Assembly (NCBI GenBank): GCA_040285855.1
Contig: JAUFOQ010000006.1
Coordinates: forward strand, 868,001-932,000
Reading direction: 5' to 3'
Source: Eukaryota sp. GEM-RC1
Taxonomy: Eukaryota
Length of the DNA stretch: 64,000 bases
Of the stretch, positions 48,472 through 64,000 are shown piece after piece. Below the pieces are notes generated by a model. That model searched no databases. It saw only the letters and a program-made list of their open reading frames with translations, and had not been told where the DNA came from. The translations under genes were made by a program, and so were the position numbers. How positions within the stretch are numbered: the first letter of the stretch is position 1; each line of letters starts with the position of its first letter.

Positions 48472-48915
48472 TATTATTCTTATTCGTTTATGAATCTGGT
48501 ATTTTTAACCAAATTTGTGTATATCAATAAAATTAAGTAGAAAAGCTAAAATTTGAATGAAAGTCAGTGTGAATTTTGTGAAAAGCTCTTAAGAAATCAT
48601 ACGATAACTCTGACTCTAAAAGAGTGAAGCATGGCAATATGAATTACAGTGTGCACTCTAACAAATAAACACCTTCTTCAAGTCAACCCCAAAACTTTGA
48701 AATAACCACATATTTTCCAGTTCACATCTTGGAGGTTTGGGATTTACATCTTCTAAATGGTGGACTAAAGCAGAATTCATTGGTGGTGGAAAGAATTTTG
48801 TATTCGAGCTGGGGTTCTCAAAATTCGTGCACGGTGGGACCCACTTCACTTTCCCCCACTTTGAATTTCCCCCACCTTAAAAACACGTCTTTAACACGTT
48901 ATCCTCCTTAGACTT

Positions 48916-50065
48916 ATGGATGCTTACTTTGATTTTCTCTTACGTTACCCTGAACTGGAGTCCCTCAGGGATCGTTTTTCAGAATTTGATCCCTCTTTAG
49001 TAGACGCAAACCTTGTTGCGGAAATGCAATCCCAAAAGCTTCATGTATCCTTTGACACAAAACTGAGAGCCACCTATACTTACTTCTTTCTTGGAGAAAC
49101 TTTCACTGACATCGCCAAGTTTTTCTGGGTCCATAGGACTACAGTAAAAAAGATGGATTGATTTTGTCTTTGAAAGCCGAAACGGTAATGTTAATGCTGT
49201 CAGTAGAGGTAGGCAACCTGTTCTGACAGATGATGATGCTGATTTTATAGAAGCTGTATTAGAGCAACAGCCTTTGTTGTTTTTGAAAGAAATAAAGTCT
49301 ATAGTAAGACAGCATCTTCATAAAGATGTATCTGTCTCTACTATACACCGGGTATTGGTTACCAAAAAAAGGATAACCAAGAAAAAGGCTTCCATTTTAG
49401 TAAAGAAAGTTCGGACAGCGTCATTGATTGCATTTGAGAATAGCTTTAACCTCAGATTTGGTCTGGTGTGGCATGAAAGGTTGGTATTTATTGATGAAAT
49501 AAGTTACAAAGGACAACACTGTACAAGAGACAGGGGTTGGTCCAAGGTTAACACAAGAGTTGTTGTTGACCAGCCAAAATTTGCAGACAGACAGGTCAGC
49601 TTTGTCGTAGCTATTTCAGCTAATGGTTATCTGTATTCTGAAGTGAAGGAAGGCCATTTTTCTCGATTAGACTTCATCGGTTTTTTATCAAACTTGATTT
49701 CAGGAGGATTTTTGAGTACAAGAGGAGGAGCTAGATCATGTCTCATTTTGGATGGATGTAGGATTCACTGCCATTCAAATATTTATGATGCTATGCGATT
49801 GGTAGATATCGATTACCTCATTCTTCCCCCATACGCACCCGAAATGAACCCAATTGAAGGTTTTTTTAGCGAAATGAGACAAAAGGTAAGAAACCATGGG
49901 GTTCATAATCCAAATGATGTTGGGGTATCTTTGATCCGACATGTTTTATCAGATGAAATGAACCGATGTTGTAGAGGACGTTTCGATCACGCAGGCTACA
50001 AGAATGCAATGCCTTATAGATCACCTTACCTGTATGATCCTACACTCTTTCAAGCAGTTGAGTAG
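48916..50065 (+). mobile_element. IS630/Tc1-like DD34E transposase
   Basis: N-terminal HTH (DIAKFFWVHRTTVKRW), GRQP, VFIDE, LILDGCRIH and LPPYAPEMNPIE, with 34 residues between D and E. One extra A at 49146-49151 splits the ORF. Candidate left end TA|CAGTGTGCAC at ~48647; no right TIR found. Confidence 0.9.
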
Positions 50066-50421
50066 AAAATTGATATTTAAAGTTAAGATTAAAATCGTAA
50101 ATTGAGTGGTAAGTATTACGATGATAAACAATGATGTACTACATTGTAGTAATGAATGTCAATTAATTCTTTAATTTCAAAGTAGAATCTAATTTAAAAA
50201 CAATGTCTAAGAGTACATGCCCACTGAGTAGATCTAATCACTAATATGACCAATGTCCAATCCCTCTTCTGACTCAAACAGTACTTTACGTGCTCTTTCT
50301 GACAACGCTGCACGGGAAGATAATCGAGTACCAACGTGTTCCACATAAGAGTAAATTTCAGACGAAATACGATCAATATCCTGATTTAACTTTTCTATAA
50401 CAGATGCTTTGAAAACAATGT

Positions 50422-53468
<3,047 letters not shown>

Positions 53469-54378
53469 ATCATCAATCTTAATGCCATCAAGCACCCAAG
53501 CAGATAAAAACAATTCTTGATGAATTTACAGAAGAAATACTTGTCTGATTCACTGCAACGTCACGTAACGTCATGTCACAAAACCAGCCCTAAATTCTTT
53601 CTAAACTGGGTCAATCAAACACGAAATGTCAACTATACTATTTTTGCTTTTTGAAAAAATGTTAATATTTTCATCCTATTACCTCTATCATTTCCGTTAT
53701 GTATGGCGTACTAGTAAGTAGCACTACCTTTTAATAACTACTTCGACGTTTGTCAATGACTGTGGTGAGTAAGTGCGATTAAGAATAGTAACCACTGGTT
53801 GTTCTATTATCGAAGACACGGCAAGTGAAAGAACCTGCAACTGATTGTTTCAATCATGACACTTTTCCATTCATCATAGTTTACGTTTGCTCAGATACAA
53901 ATCTTACAACTCGTTTTGTGCATAAGACCATAACACCAGTTAAGTTTTCACTGATCCTTCACAAGTTGAAAAGGTGTATTAATCGATGTATAATCTATAA
54001 AAAAGTCTTTACTGTTCGCTCAACAATCATGGGCAATAACAGTTCGTGACCTATTTTTTGGTTAAGAAGCTTTCCAGACGTATAACTCAAATTCAATCTC
54101 GAACAGACGAACTATATATAAACGTTTCTTATTCTTATGCATGCAAATTTTGGTCATGAACCGAAGAGGACATAAACCGATCGAAGAAATACACTGTAAT
54201 TATTACACTTTTGTATTTGTAGTTATAGAAATTGGTAAATGTCCAATTTTCATCACTGATTTTCAGAATGCAACAAACGCCAAATGCGCGGAATTGGCTT
54301 ATTTTGTTAGAGAATGTCTCTAGTATTCGTAAAAAAATTCATTCTTTTTCTTTTTTTTCATCCACGAAATCATTTCGA

Positions 54379-55293
54379 TATAGATGGGAGCCGGCTCAAA
54401 ATTTGCTCACGGCTCAGCTGCAGGCATTAGCCAGCCGGCTGCGGCTTACAACACAGTTTAGCCAGCTCAAGCCGGCAGAAGCCGGCTCAGCCTCATCGAG
54501 TTTTGTTTCGAGTATTTAGGCTAACTGCTTAAAAGTGTTATTGACTTGTTGGTTGATGTATCAGTAAAATGATACAGAGCCATTGTTAATGACAACTACA
54601 CCGAGTATCAGAACGAAACAATACTGATACCATTGATCAGTACATTCCAGTTTTCACAGATTTTACAGGTCACTTATTTTTGTGATTATCACTTATAAAC
54701 TTGACGTTGATCAGTTAGATATTACGGAAATCTGTGAAACAATCGTAACACCACTATGGAATTGGCTGTCTGCCCAGTGTAGGAAAATAGTAGTACTTTT
54801 GAGAAGGAGCTTAATTAGTTCTAAAGAAACAAAGTAGTTAGAAGTTCTCTGACGGACTCCAGGTTGTTTACTGTCTTAGATCACAGGTATATCCATTTTA
54901 TATGGAAGTAAAAGATGTAATAGACATATAACGTGTCAGAAATAGACACTGTGACAATGTACATAAGGCACTGAATGTACTATCAGGGCCCCCAAGAAAA
55001 ACAGTAGGGCAATTATTCGGCACATATCAACAATATTCACCAATTCCATTGTTGCTCGAACGTTGATAAACAGCAGTAGCCCCAAATTGTTCTGATAAGC
55101 GCTGTAAATGATTATTTTCGATTTCTAAATTCATTATTAGCTGTGTTTTCAGAGAACCTAAAATATTCGGCTTGAGCCGGCTAAAAATATTTTTAGCCAG
55201 CCGGCTTGCAGCTGGAAATATTTCTATTCTGGACCAGTCGGCTGGCTCGGCTAGCTGGCTTAGCCGGCTAAATTGAGCCGGCTCCCATCTCTA
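54379..55293. mobile_element. hAT-like MITE with GCCGGC subterminal repeats
   Basis: TIR TATAGATGGGAGCCGGCTCAA / TTGAGCCGGCTCCCATCTCTA; no matching TSD. Confidence 0.78.
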
Positions 55294-58200
55294 GAAAACA
55301 TTCATTTGGTCTTTAGCATATTTGGCTGTTTTTGCTGCAATCTCTTGGATATGCTCACGAAGAGGATCAAAAGATGGAGGTGTTTTCACCTCAAAAAACC
55401 GGAGCAAATCTATGGGAATCACAGAAAATGAAGCCTTCTTTTGATTCACCAACTTTGCCCACATATCCCAGTAACCATCAGATGCTGAGTAATTCTCATG
55501 TCTTTCCTTGAGGTCTTTTCCTGTAATCTCTTGATTTTCTGATCTCCTTTGTTCTCGAAGCACGGCAGAAAATTCCCTTTCAATCACGGGAACAGCAATT
55601 GACACATTTAAGCAAACCACATCGGGCTGTTCCATACTGGCTTTATGGTAGGTATTTGCTCTAAACTTAGAAATGTCTTCATACTTGTTTTTGCCTACAA
55701 AAGAGTGATCTTGAGACCACTTGGATACAGAAATAAGTTCTGACTCTTGTGTTGTAGTAAGAAATGCTTTGCAAACAACTTTGGAAAACGGTCACCGATG
55801 AGATCAGATACATGTTCATAGAAAACACGCACATCTGATACCGTTTGGCTACAAAGGGTAGGGAAAAGATGTTTATAAATAAAATAATATGATCTTGTAA
55901 CACTTCACTAACACCTGTGGCTAACATTACCTCTTCTCTTCTTTCGAGCTCCTAGTTCTCTTTGCTACAGGTGTCTTAACTTTGGAAGACGTCTTAGGAG
56001 TACTCTTACTACCGGAGGTACGTTTAAGCTTAGTGTTGTTATTACTAGACCTGTTTCTATTGTTACGAAATAAATCTAAATTGTCTAATTTTACAAAGTC
56101 ACTATACGCTTTGGTGTTCTTGATGTCCTTGATGGGAACTGACGAAGTATCACCACCAAACCAAAGTACAGTGCAGAATTCACCATCGGGTGTATCAAAC
56201 CTATCTAGGATCTTAACCACGATGTGTTCTTCAGAATCCCCAGAAGCAATTGCTCTGTGGAGATCATGATCAGCAGGCAGATCTGATTGAAAGATCTTAC
56301 ATTGATGAATGCTAGTCTTACTAACATATCCAGTGATCAGATTCTTTAATGAAACAGAAGATTTTGAATCAACTGAGACAACTAGAAAAGGTCCAGTGTA
56401 GTTTCCATGGAGCTTACTAGTTTTGGCGACCTTTAACACAAGATCTCCAATCTTAAATGATTGACTAGTGTTAAACTTCTTCTTAGGCTTGAGAAGCTGA
56501 CAAATCAGGAAACTTGTTTGATTGTCTATCTCTTTCTGCTTTGGTTTTGTTGGCTTTAGCAATCAACTCGTTTCTATGTCGAATTTTCGGTTCTTCGAGT
56601 TCTTTTTTCGACATGACTGTTGATTCTTGGTTCAAATCACGAGTGAAGTTCTCGGTCACACGGTAAACGTTTTCATGTTCTTCACTGGCAACAAACCGAT
56701 CAACGTCTCCAAATTCTCCATCAAACTTTCTAGTTGAGAGAATATCACGTGAACCATCAGTGAAGCGGTCAACAGATTCTGGACGGAAAGGTTCACCAGG
56801 AACGTGAGCAGAAAGGCGAGCAGTTTGACGTAGCTCTTCAGGCTTGGGAAGAAGTGTACCAACTTCTCGTAAAGCACCATGAGCAACAGGAAGGACCTTT
56901 TGAGATCCGCCAATGCCACTAAACTGTTGGACAACCACAGAACCTTCATCAGGAACAGCTAAGGTCGTGTTTGATGCTTCAAAGGTTGACTGTGGAAGGT
57001 TTTCATATCTATGACCAACGGGAAGGTGTCTAGAACTAACAGCAACGTTGTGATACGTCTTGACTTGATTGCTCAAGCTTTGACAATACCACGCTGAGTA
57101 AGCATACGTAACGTATCTACCATCGGCATCGAAACTAGGTTCCAATGGTTCAATCAAGATACCATGACGAGGATCCCATGAGTAATCCGAGGGATAACGA
57201 TACGTATCCCCAGCATCTCCATCATACAAATCACCCAGAAAGCGTTCAATAACTTGAGGGGAAATACCTGGAGGAACGTTCCTCAACAGATAGTGCCGTC
57301 TTTTAGGCATACGGTTGCGGATGACAGGATGCCAAGGAGCGAACTTCGCCAAGTGCCACATGTCGTAATCAGAGATACCAACGCTGTTGTCTTGTGGACT
57401 TACCCAGGGTATGAGTCTATTTGGGATAGCATCCTTATGGAAGTGCTGTTCCTCAATAGACCCAACTAGCTCTTCGACTTTGTTGCCTCGATCTTCTGGA
57501 GAGAGACTCATCTTACGAGCTAGAAGTTCCTTTTCAACAAGAAGCTTCTGTTCTGCTTCGAGTCTTCTAGACTGCTCTTTGGCGAGAGATTCCTGTAACT
57601 TGCGAATCTCTTCAACCACTTCAGTTGACCTCTTTTGAGGAACTGGAACAACATCGGGAATGCTTTCTTTATTAAAACTATTTCTACGAGGAAGAATAGG
57701 AGAGGAGTCGCTGTTACAACAACATCATGACTCTCGGAATGCGGAGTACTGCTACTGTCAGCATCGCTTACTCTATACTTCTCTAACAAGCTTGGGATAC
57801 GGTCTGAAATTACAGAGGGAGTATCCAAACCCACTTCGCCATCCTTGCGGGAAGACGAAGTCCTTCCATCCTCAGATGGGCATCCACCTTCAGGTTGAAC
57901 ATCTACAACTCTACGAGAAGTAGATTCACCACCCTCAGGTGAGATTTCCGTCACCTCCTTGTGGGAAGTGGGGCTTCTATCCTCAGATAGGCATCCGTCC
58001 TCAGACAGGCATCCATCCTCAGATGGGTCACTTTCAAATTCCGACGAGTCAACTGACTCTTCTGTCTCAGGAACCAATGGCTCCATTCGACGGGAAGACA
58101 CTTTGGAGCTAGACTTAGATCTAGTCAAAGGTTTGTTTCTACGATTAGTTTTGTTTCCCGCTTTTGGGGGGTTAGTAGTCCTTTTCTTCACCATCTTGGA

Positions 58201-58557
58201 CAATAATTATTGATACCGTTTGGCTACAAAGGGTAGGGAAAAGATGTTTATAAATAAAATAATATGATCTTGTAACACTTCACTAACACCTGTGGCTAAC
58301 ACATCACCAGAATAAAATGACTTTTTTGCTCTGAGATGAAGTTTGTAGTCCACACGGACTAAGAGAGAGAAGCACTCGTCCGAAAGTTTCATGAAGCCGG
58401 GACTTTGAAGTCTGCTGCACAAGTCTTCTTCGTAGTCGTCCATCGTGTAGTTTGATTGAACGGAGTCAGGACCAGATTGAGCCAAAGGTAGAGATGACGA
58501 TAATAAATCATCATCATCGTTGTTGTTGTTAAAAGATGGTGATAAGTCTCTTAACAT
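55291..58557 (-). pseudogene. Unknown ORF split by the LTR element and truncated by the MITE
   Basis: Removing the element and one CATC restores ...KKSFYSGD|VRVFYEHVSDLIGDRFPKLFAK..., continuing (one indel) into ORF 55291-55635, whose stop lies in the MITE TIR. Confidence 0.6.
55836..58301 (-). mobile_element. Non-autonomous LTR retrotransposon (gypsy/chromovirus-like)
   Basis: Identical 91-bp LTRs at 55836-55926 and 58211-58301 (TG...CA); 4-bp TSD CATC; PPT GAAAGAAGAGAAGAGG; last ORF has FKIGDLVL..YTGPFLVV plus a chromodomain-like segment; no RT/RNaseH/DDE core seen. Confidence 0.92.
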
Positions 58558-59899
58558 GATATTATAAAGAAGGTGTGAGAATGAAAAGAAAAGTTGAAAC
58601 GCAGGCAAAAAGCTGTGTTAGGATTTATGGCATTCATACAAAAACTAAACCTCACAAAAATACGTGCACTAGAAAGGACAAATCATGATATACATAATGA
58701 AGACATCTACATGTGACATGAAACCATCGGAATGGAAAGGTTGATAAGTTGAGAAAGACAGTCAGTTTTGAATAGCAAATCAGGTCCCCCCAAGACATGC
58801 TTTGCTCCTTAAGTGATACGCAGTAGATTGAACAATTAGATAAAAGAAAATGTGTCTTTATTTGTGATAAGAGAATCATGAAAGGATTGAAAGAAGCTCA
58901 AAGGTACATATCTTCAAACTTGTTGAACAGTTGAGGAAAAGTTCCCACAAAGAACTAAGGAGATTTATGACTTAGAGAACGAACGTACTAGCTACAAGAA
59001 ACTAGAGAGTACATCGTAGAAAGTACCTAGCGAGGATGAATGCGATCAGCATTCAGAGGTGTATCATGAATGGAGAAAGAGTTTGAAATTGAATGTGGGA
59101 CTAAGGTGTGGGATAGTGCAAATTCATTGAAAACGACAGAGTGTCGTAATCGAGTTTTGTAATACCAATATATTTCAATATATTGAAATATATTGATACA
59201 ACTTGTCTTGAGATTGCAGATCCCGTATCAGTAGAATTACTCTCAATTGAGCAACAACTCTCAAAACATGACCTGTTGTTGTCAACAAAATGCAAACTGA
59301 ACTGATACTTGACATTGTATAAGCGCATAATATTGTTGTCAATTTGTTTTAATATGTGAACCGCAGAACCAAGACAATCAGGATGCTGGAAAGAACATAA
59401 AGTTCGATGAATGAGTAAAAGAGTAAGAAGAAGAACGAAAACAGCGCGGCTCAAAGTATGAAAACTTAGATTGGATTCCAGTAACCTCAAATCAGGCAGA
59501 AAGGCTCTTTCTATGGCTAAACTCGCTATTGGATATACTAGAGTCTAGTAACTAGACACAGTTTTTCAAAGAAACATTTGAATGTGGAGTTAATCCTTCG
59601 AATTAACAACAATTTATGGATGCAGATTCTATCAGAGACCTAAAAAACGCCTGTATTTAACTCTTACAAATACAAACTATCATCAATATTAACAAATGAG
59701 ATGCAAATACCTCTAAAAGGACATTGATCGATCGAAATACTTAATACTCGTGGAAGAAGAAAACCAAGAAGTTGTACATATAGACTAGTGTATTATTATT
59801 TTGTTAACTATTGAACGTTGTTATACAGTGTTTCAATGCAGAACATATATATTTATGAACTCGGGAGAATGACACAGTGAATTAGACTGATAATTAGCA

Positions 59900-61225
59900 T
59901 CGTCATCTCAAATCAATATATTGCAATATATTGATCAATATCAATAATTTATTGGAGGTCGAAAATCAATACCAATATATTGCAATACCAATAATGGAAA
60001 GTTCTGATCGATATCCATCAAGAACGTCTCTTTTTGAAAGCATTTGCAGATTTTATCTTAATCATCTCCGTGGTGAAATAGGAAATCTTTCTCCTGAGTT
60101 ATGGTCATCTTGTTTTCCTGTTTAGGTTGATATCAAAGAAATTCCATTTCATAGCATGTTGTCGTTCAAATTTCAAATTTGTTTTAAAGAAACTACAGAA
60201 TCGTCCAGCACTTGTGATTCTCACTGTTTATCAGTTAAAAGTGTAACACTAGGTGAGGTTGTTGTAGACTGTTTAGGGCCCGGTCTATCAGTGACGTCAG
60301 ACAATGCATCAAACACGATCAATACATTGAATCGTTTTGAAGTGTTTCATCGCAGATGTGTTGCCCACGTCTTGAACTTGATTTACGAGGCGTCGATTGT
60401 CCGCATTGTAAACTGTGTTATCAAAATTACAAATATTACAGATGATTTACATGGTTCAACATCATTTACCGAAAAGTTTTTTAAATTTCAAGAAGATGTA
60501 TATCAGGATGCAAAAATCATTCCTCAGAACGTTAAAACAAGATGGAATTCTGATTATTTGATGACGTGATCACTTACTTGAAGTTAAAGTTATATGTTGA
60601 TACTCTGTTAGATTCCTAGAATCGTGCAAGGAACAAATTGTGGGTCCGAGATCTGGAAGAGGTTTAAGAGTTTGTAAATTTTTACCAAGATTTTTTCGAG
60701 ATGACTAAAACACGTGTTTTCGCGGAGAGAAGTACCCCACCATTAGATTTGTATTAGCACTGATTGATGACCTATACAACCAACTTCAGTACAAACAAAC
60801 AGATTTTTCAGTTCCAGCGAATGTAAGACATGCAGCTTTCAATGCTCTTACTGTTTTTGAAAAGTGTCTCCCACATCTCTATGGTTTCAGCCTACGCTGG
60901 ATGCTTTTGACGAACAGTCTTCTTGTAAAAATTTTGATTAGCAGCTGAAAACAACCTCTCATTTGGAGCAGAACTTGTTTGAACGGCAAGATAATCCTTA
61001 ACAATACAAACGACTTTCATATACTTTTCGTGATGATTTCCCTGACAATACAAGAATCGACTTTATACAGTACTTGATACTTTGAATCTAAACTGAAAGT
61101 CAACTGGGACATCTATTGGTACTTTAAGTGAAAGACGATGTTATATAACTCATGGGTCAAATGAGTCGAGTCAACTCGAGTCGGAAACTGATGACTCGAC
61201 TCGATACTGGTGAGTTTGACTCGAC
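59900..61225 (+). pseudogene. Degenerate hAT transposase region
   Basis: VTSDNASN, HRRCVAHVLNLI, NVKTRWNSDY; CAATATATTG and GACTCGA subterminal-type repeats; many stops. Boundaries approximate. Confidence 0.8.
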
Positions 61226-62743
61226 TCAAATTACAACCCCATGATAGAGTATTATGAGGATGAGAACACAAGCCGACATCTTCTGGCTGAACAATTCATA
61301 GATTAAGTTAGTGTTGCCAAGATTAATTAAACTAATTGTTGCAGCTGCTCTACAAATGAAACCAGAATAAGACAAATGAGAAACAGCAGTAATGTATTAC
61401 AACGTGATCCATACTCTACAATCAACAAATACTGACAAGCAGATGGTCTTCTGTACATTACAAGACTCATTTGAGTGATTCAGACTGAACATTCGCCCAC
61501 TGACTTATCATCATTGCCAGATCCCAAGATCATCTACCTTCTGACCATCATTCAGAGACTTGAAGTGGGCAAGACGTACAGTGCTTTCTCTTTAGCTGAA
61601 CATTATGACCAAGAAACTTACACTTGACATGTAATTTTCCAAGACTTAAAGAAAAGTTCAACAGAGTAAATTCACTTTTCTACCGGCATTAATTCTTCCC
61701 ACATGTCCACAAAAAGGTATGTCTGTAAAGATTGTGACAAAGTTTTCCTAACCAGAAATTGATTACGACATAACGGAACTGCAAAACATACTGCCAAGTT
61801 TCAGTGTGGTGAATACTCCAAAGAGTATGCCCTTAACCACAAACTAATCCTAGACTTGTCCATCAGCTAACGCTTTGAGGATCAGCCTCCACGAAGGTTC
61901 CCGTTTAGTTGTGAGTAAGTGTTGTTCTTGTCCGGCCATGACCAACACATACCAACCTAACCCCCCAGCAACACTTCTGTGTGGTTATCAATACAAGTGA
62001 AACACAGTGTCATCATTCTGTCTAGAAATGGAATTAGGATCATTGGATCTTTCTGGATGAGAAGTTCCTCTATCAGTGTCAAGTATTGGGCTATGAAGGT
62101 GTCTGTTAAATTCATAGGCATCACAGGCAGGTGTGTTAAATCCAACAACAATCCCTTTCATTCCTCAAATACTGTTAACTGAATATTATTTACATTCAGT
62201 GCTGATGTATTTATCACTACAAAATGGTTCTTTCTAGAGCTTATCACAAATGTAGAAGGATGCTTATTTGTGATTGTTGTTGCCACTCACAATTTAAATT
62301 GATAAGAAGAAATTTTAAAACGACTTTTTGAGTCACTCATTCAACAGTCCCTTATATGCCAAAAAAATCGGAAAAAAGCTCACACAGTTCACAGAAACGA
62401 ATCAATAATGAGAATTTCTCCCAACATCCATAAATCCAATACTGTAATCAAAAGAAACGAAAAAAGAAATTTCTTTAAGAACCAACCGACAGGTTTTTCA
62501 AACTTTCGCATACAACGAGATGTGCTGATTGCCTTTAAGGAAAGTCTTTTAGTGTCAGCTGTTGAACGTTGACTTCTGTCTCAGAATATTTTAAAAATAT
62601 GTTTCATTTGAATTTTCCTCATTCTGAAGGAAAGTCTTTCACATACGACCAAGAATTTGCTGAGGTTTCGGTCTAAAATTTTGAAATTTTCAACATTTAC
62701 TTGGTAAACATTTTGAACTTAATATTAACAATTTTGGTGATTA

Positions 62744-63052
62744 TTACAAATTGTCAGTCAGAAGGTATGTAGGAAAAGCGAATAAGATGCACTTGAGTAA
62801 AGTTGCTGGACAACATCTTGGGGGTAACTGAAGGCTAACTGGCTTAGAGAATACTTTAGAAATGATCTTATGAAGAGGATCGGCTAAAGAAGGAAGTTCA
62901 AGGGGGGAGCATAGGGTGAGCACGCTGCCCATGATATTGAGAGTGAGTTCAAAGGGTTGTCCATAACAGTAATCGAGGCGTTGGAAGAGGAGATCCGCAT
63001 TGGGAATGAAAGATGCTAGTTGGGGGAAGTTTACTTCAAAACGATCGGCCAT
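62744..63052 (-). CDS. Hypothetical small protein
   Basis: 102-aa ATG ORF in a GC-richer island; no family recognised. Confidence 0.4.
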   Translation of the reverse strand: MADRFEVNFPQLASFIPNADLLFQRLDYCYGQPFELTLNIMGSVLTLCSPLELPSLADPLHKIISKVFSKPVSLQLPPRCCPATLLKCILFAFPTYLLTDNL

Positions 63053-64000
63053 GAGTTTTTGTTTCCAGGACTGAACTGGAAGAAGAGAAATCGACTACGT
63101 TTCAAATACAGAAGAAGAAGCAGTGTTTGTAGTGAAAAAACGGCAAAGAGAGGACATCAAGACAGATGGTAAAGAATTTGAGAGGGTTTCTCCTTTCTAA
63201 CTGTTTGAGGTTTCTGCTATTGACTTCAATCACTGTGACCTCTCTAATGGTGTTTAGTTAATTAATGTTCTTCAAAACGGTCCAAAATTGCTTAATCAAT
63301 CTATCCAGAATTGATTACGTGATTACACCTGCTAAAGTCATTTTCTTCCATCGCCTGCTCAAAATTAGGTTGTAAAGTCTCTGCTGGTCAAACCATCCTG
63401 AACCAAGAGTTCCTCATTGGAGGTACGTTTGACTTTTCTCTTGTTAAATCTACAGGTTTGTGAGATCTGTAGTATAGAGTTATTACCAAGGACTCTTTCC
63501 TAGAGCTGCGACCACTACATTTCTCACAATGTGAATTTAATAATTTAATAGACTTACTCAAAACATTCAAAAAAGATGTTTACACTCTGGTTATTACAGT
63601 GATTTAAGAAGTAGAAATTCTAACTTTTATTCTTTCTTTGAGTAGTATCACGAAGACAAAGCTTCAACAAGATTCGACTATAAGGAATCTTCATTTGATG
63701 ATATTGAGTTTTAGACTATTTATTTCATTATATACATGAAAATTCTGTTCAATGTTTACAACTATATCCATACAGTGTATAGCACGAACTCTAGTACATA
63801 GTTTCCGGTAGAATTTCTCTAAGGGACAATAGAATCAAACCCGAATTAACACAAACTACATCGGCGGAAATTACATTGGTACAACAACTATACTAATGTG
63901 TTTCATAAATCATGTTGGTATAGTGTTGTAAAATATTTTATTAATTTACATGACCTAAATCTCTCACAGGAACATTACAAAATACATCTTAAAAGTTCAA

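Noticed and set aside
31546..49151. Programmed ribosomal frameshifting (Euplotes-like or IS630-type)
   Set aside because: The shifts need both directions, have no common slippery-plus-stop motif, and all lie in homopolymers.
61300..62250. Possible coding or retroelement remnant
   Set aside because: No recognisable motif in any frame.

Overview
AT-rich eukaryotic DNA from a flagellated protist. It has tiny 27-34 nt spliceosomal introns, mostly intronless genes and a CFAP43-like axonemal gene; a metamonad-like origin is my inference only. Housekeeping genes are CAF1/CNOT7, CFAP43-like, TAF1, a MIF4G protein and a TMC-like protein. They sit among many transposons: hAT MITEs with 8-bp TSDs, TA-flanked Tc1/pogo-type MITEs, a DD34E transposase, RLE-type LINE fragments and a young non-autonomous LTR element. 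Main observations: (1) a decayed Fanzor1 (eukaryotic TnpB-like RNA-guided nuclease) at ~20.3-21.84 kb, which the ORF track fragments; (2) four RING-kinase(non-RD)-SEL1 family paralogues with a near-invariant kinase and variable repeat arrays, one lacking the kinase; (3) two catalytically dead (Cys->Ala) UBC4/UBE2D-like E2 genes in a ~3-kb inverted duplication bracketing ~45 kb, differing mainly at RING-binding surfaces; (4) a membrane-anchored, apparently inactive bacterial-type GH16 protein and two RI-type LRR genes. Items 2-4 suggest an immune-like sensing/ubiquitin-signalling cluster, which is inference. Many single-base frameshifts fall in homopolymers and are probably assembly errors.
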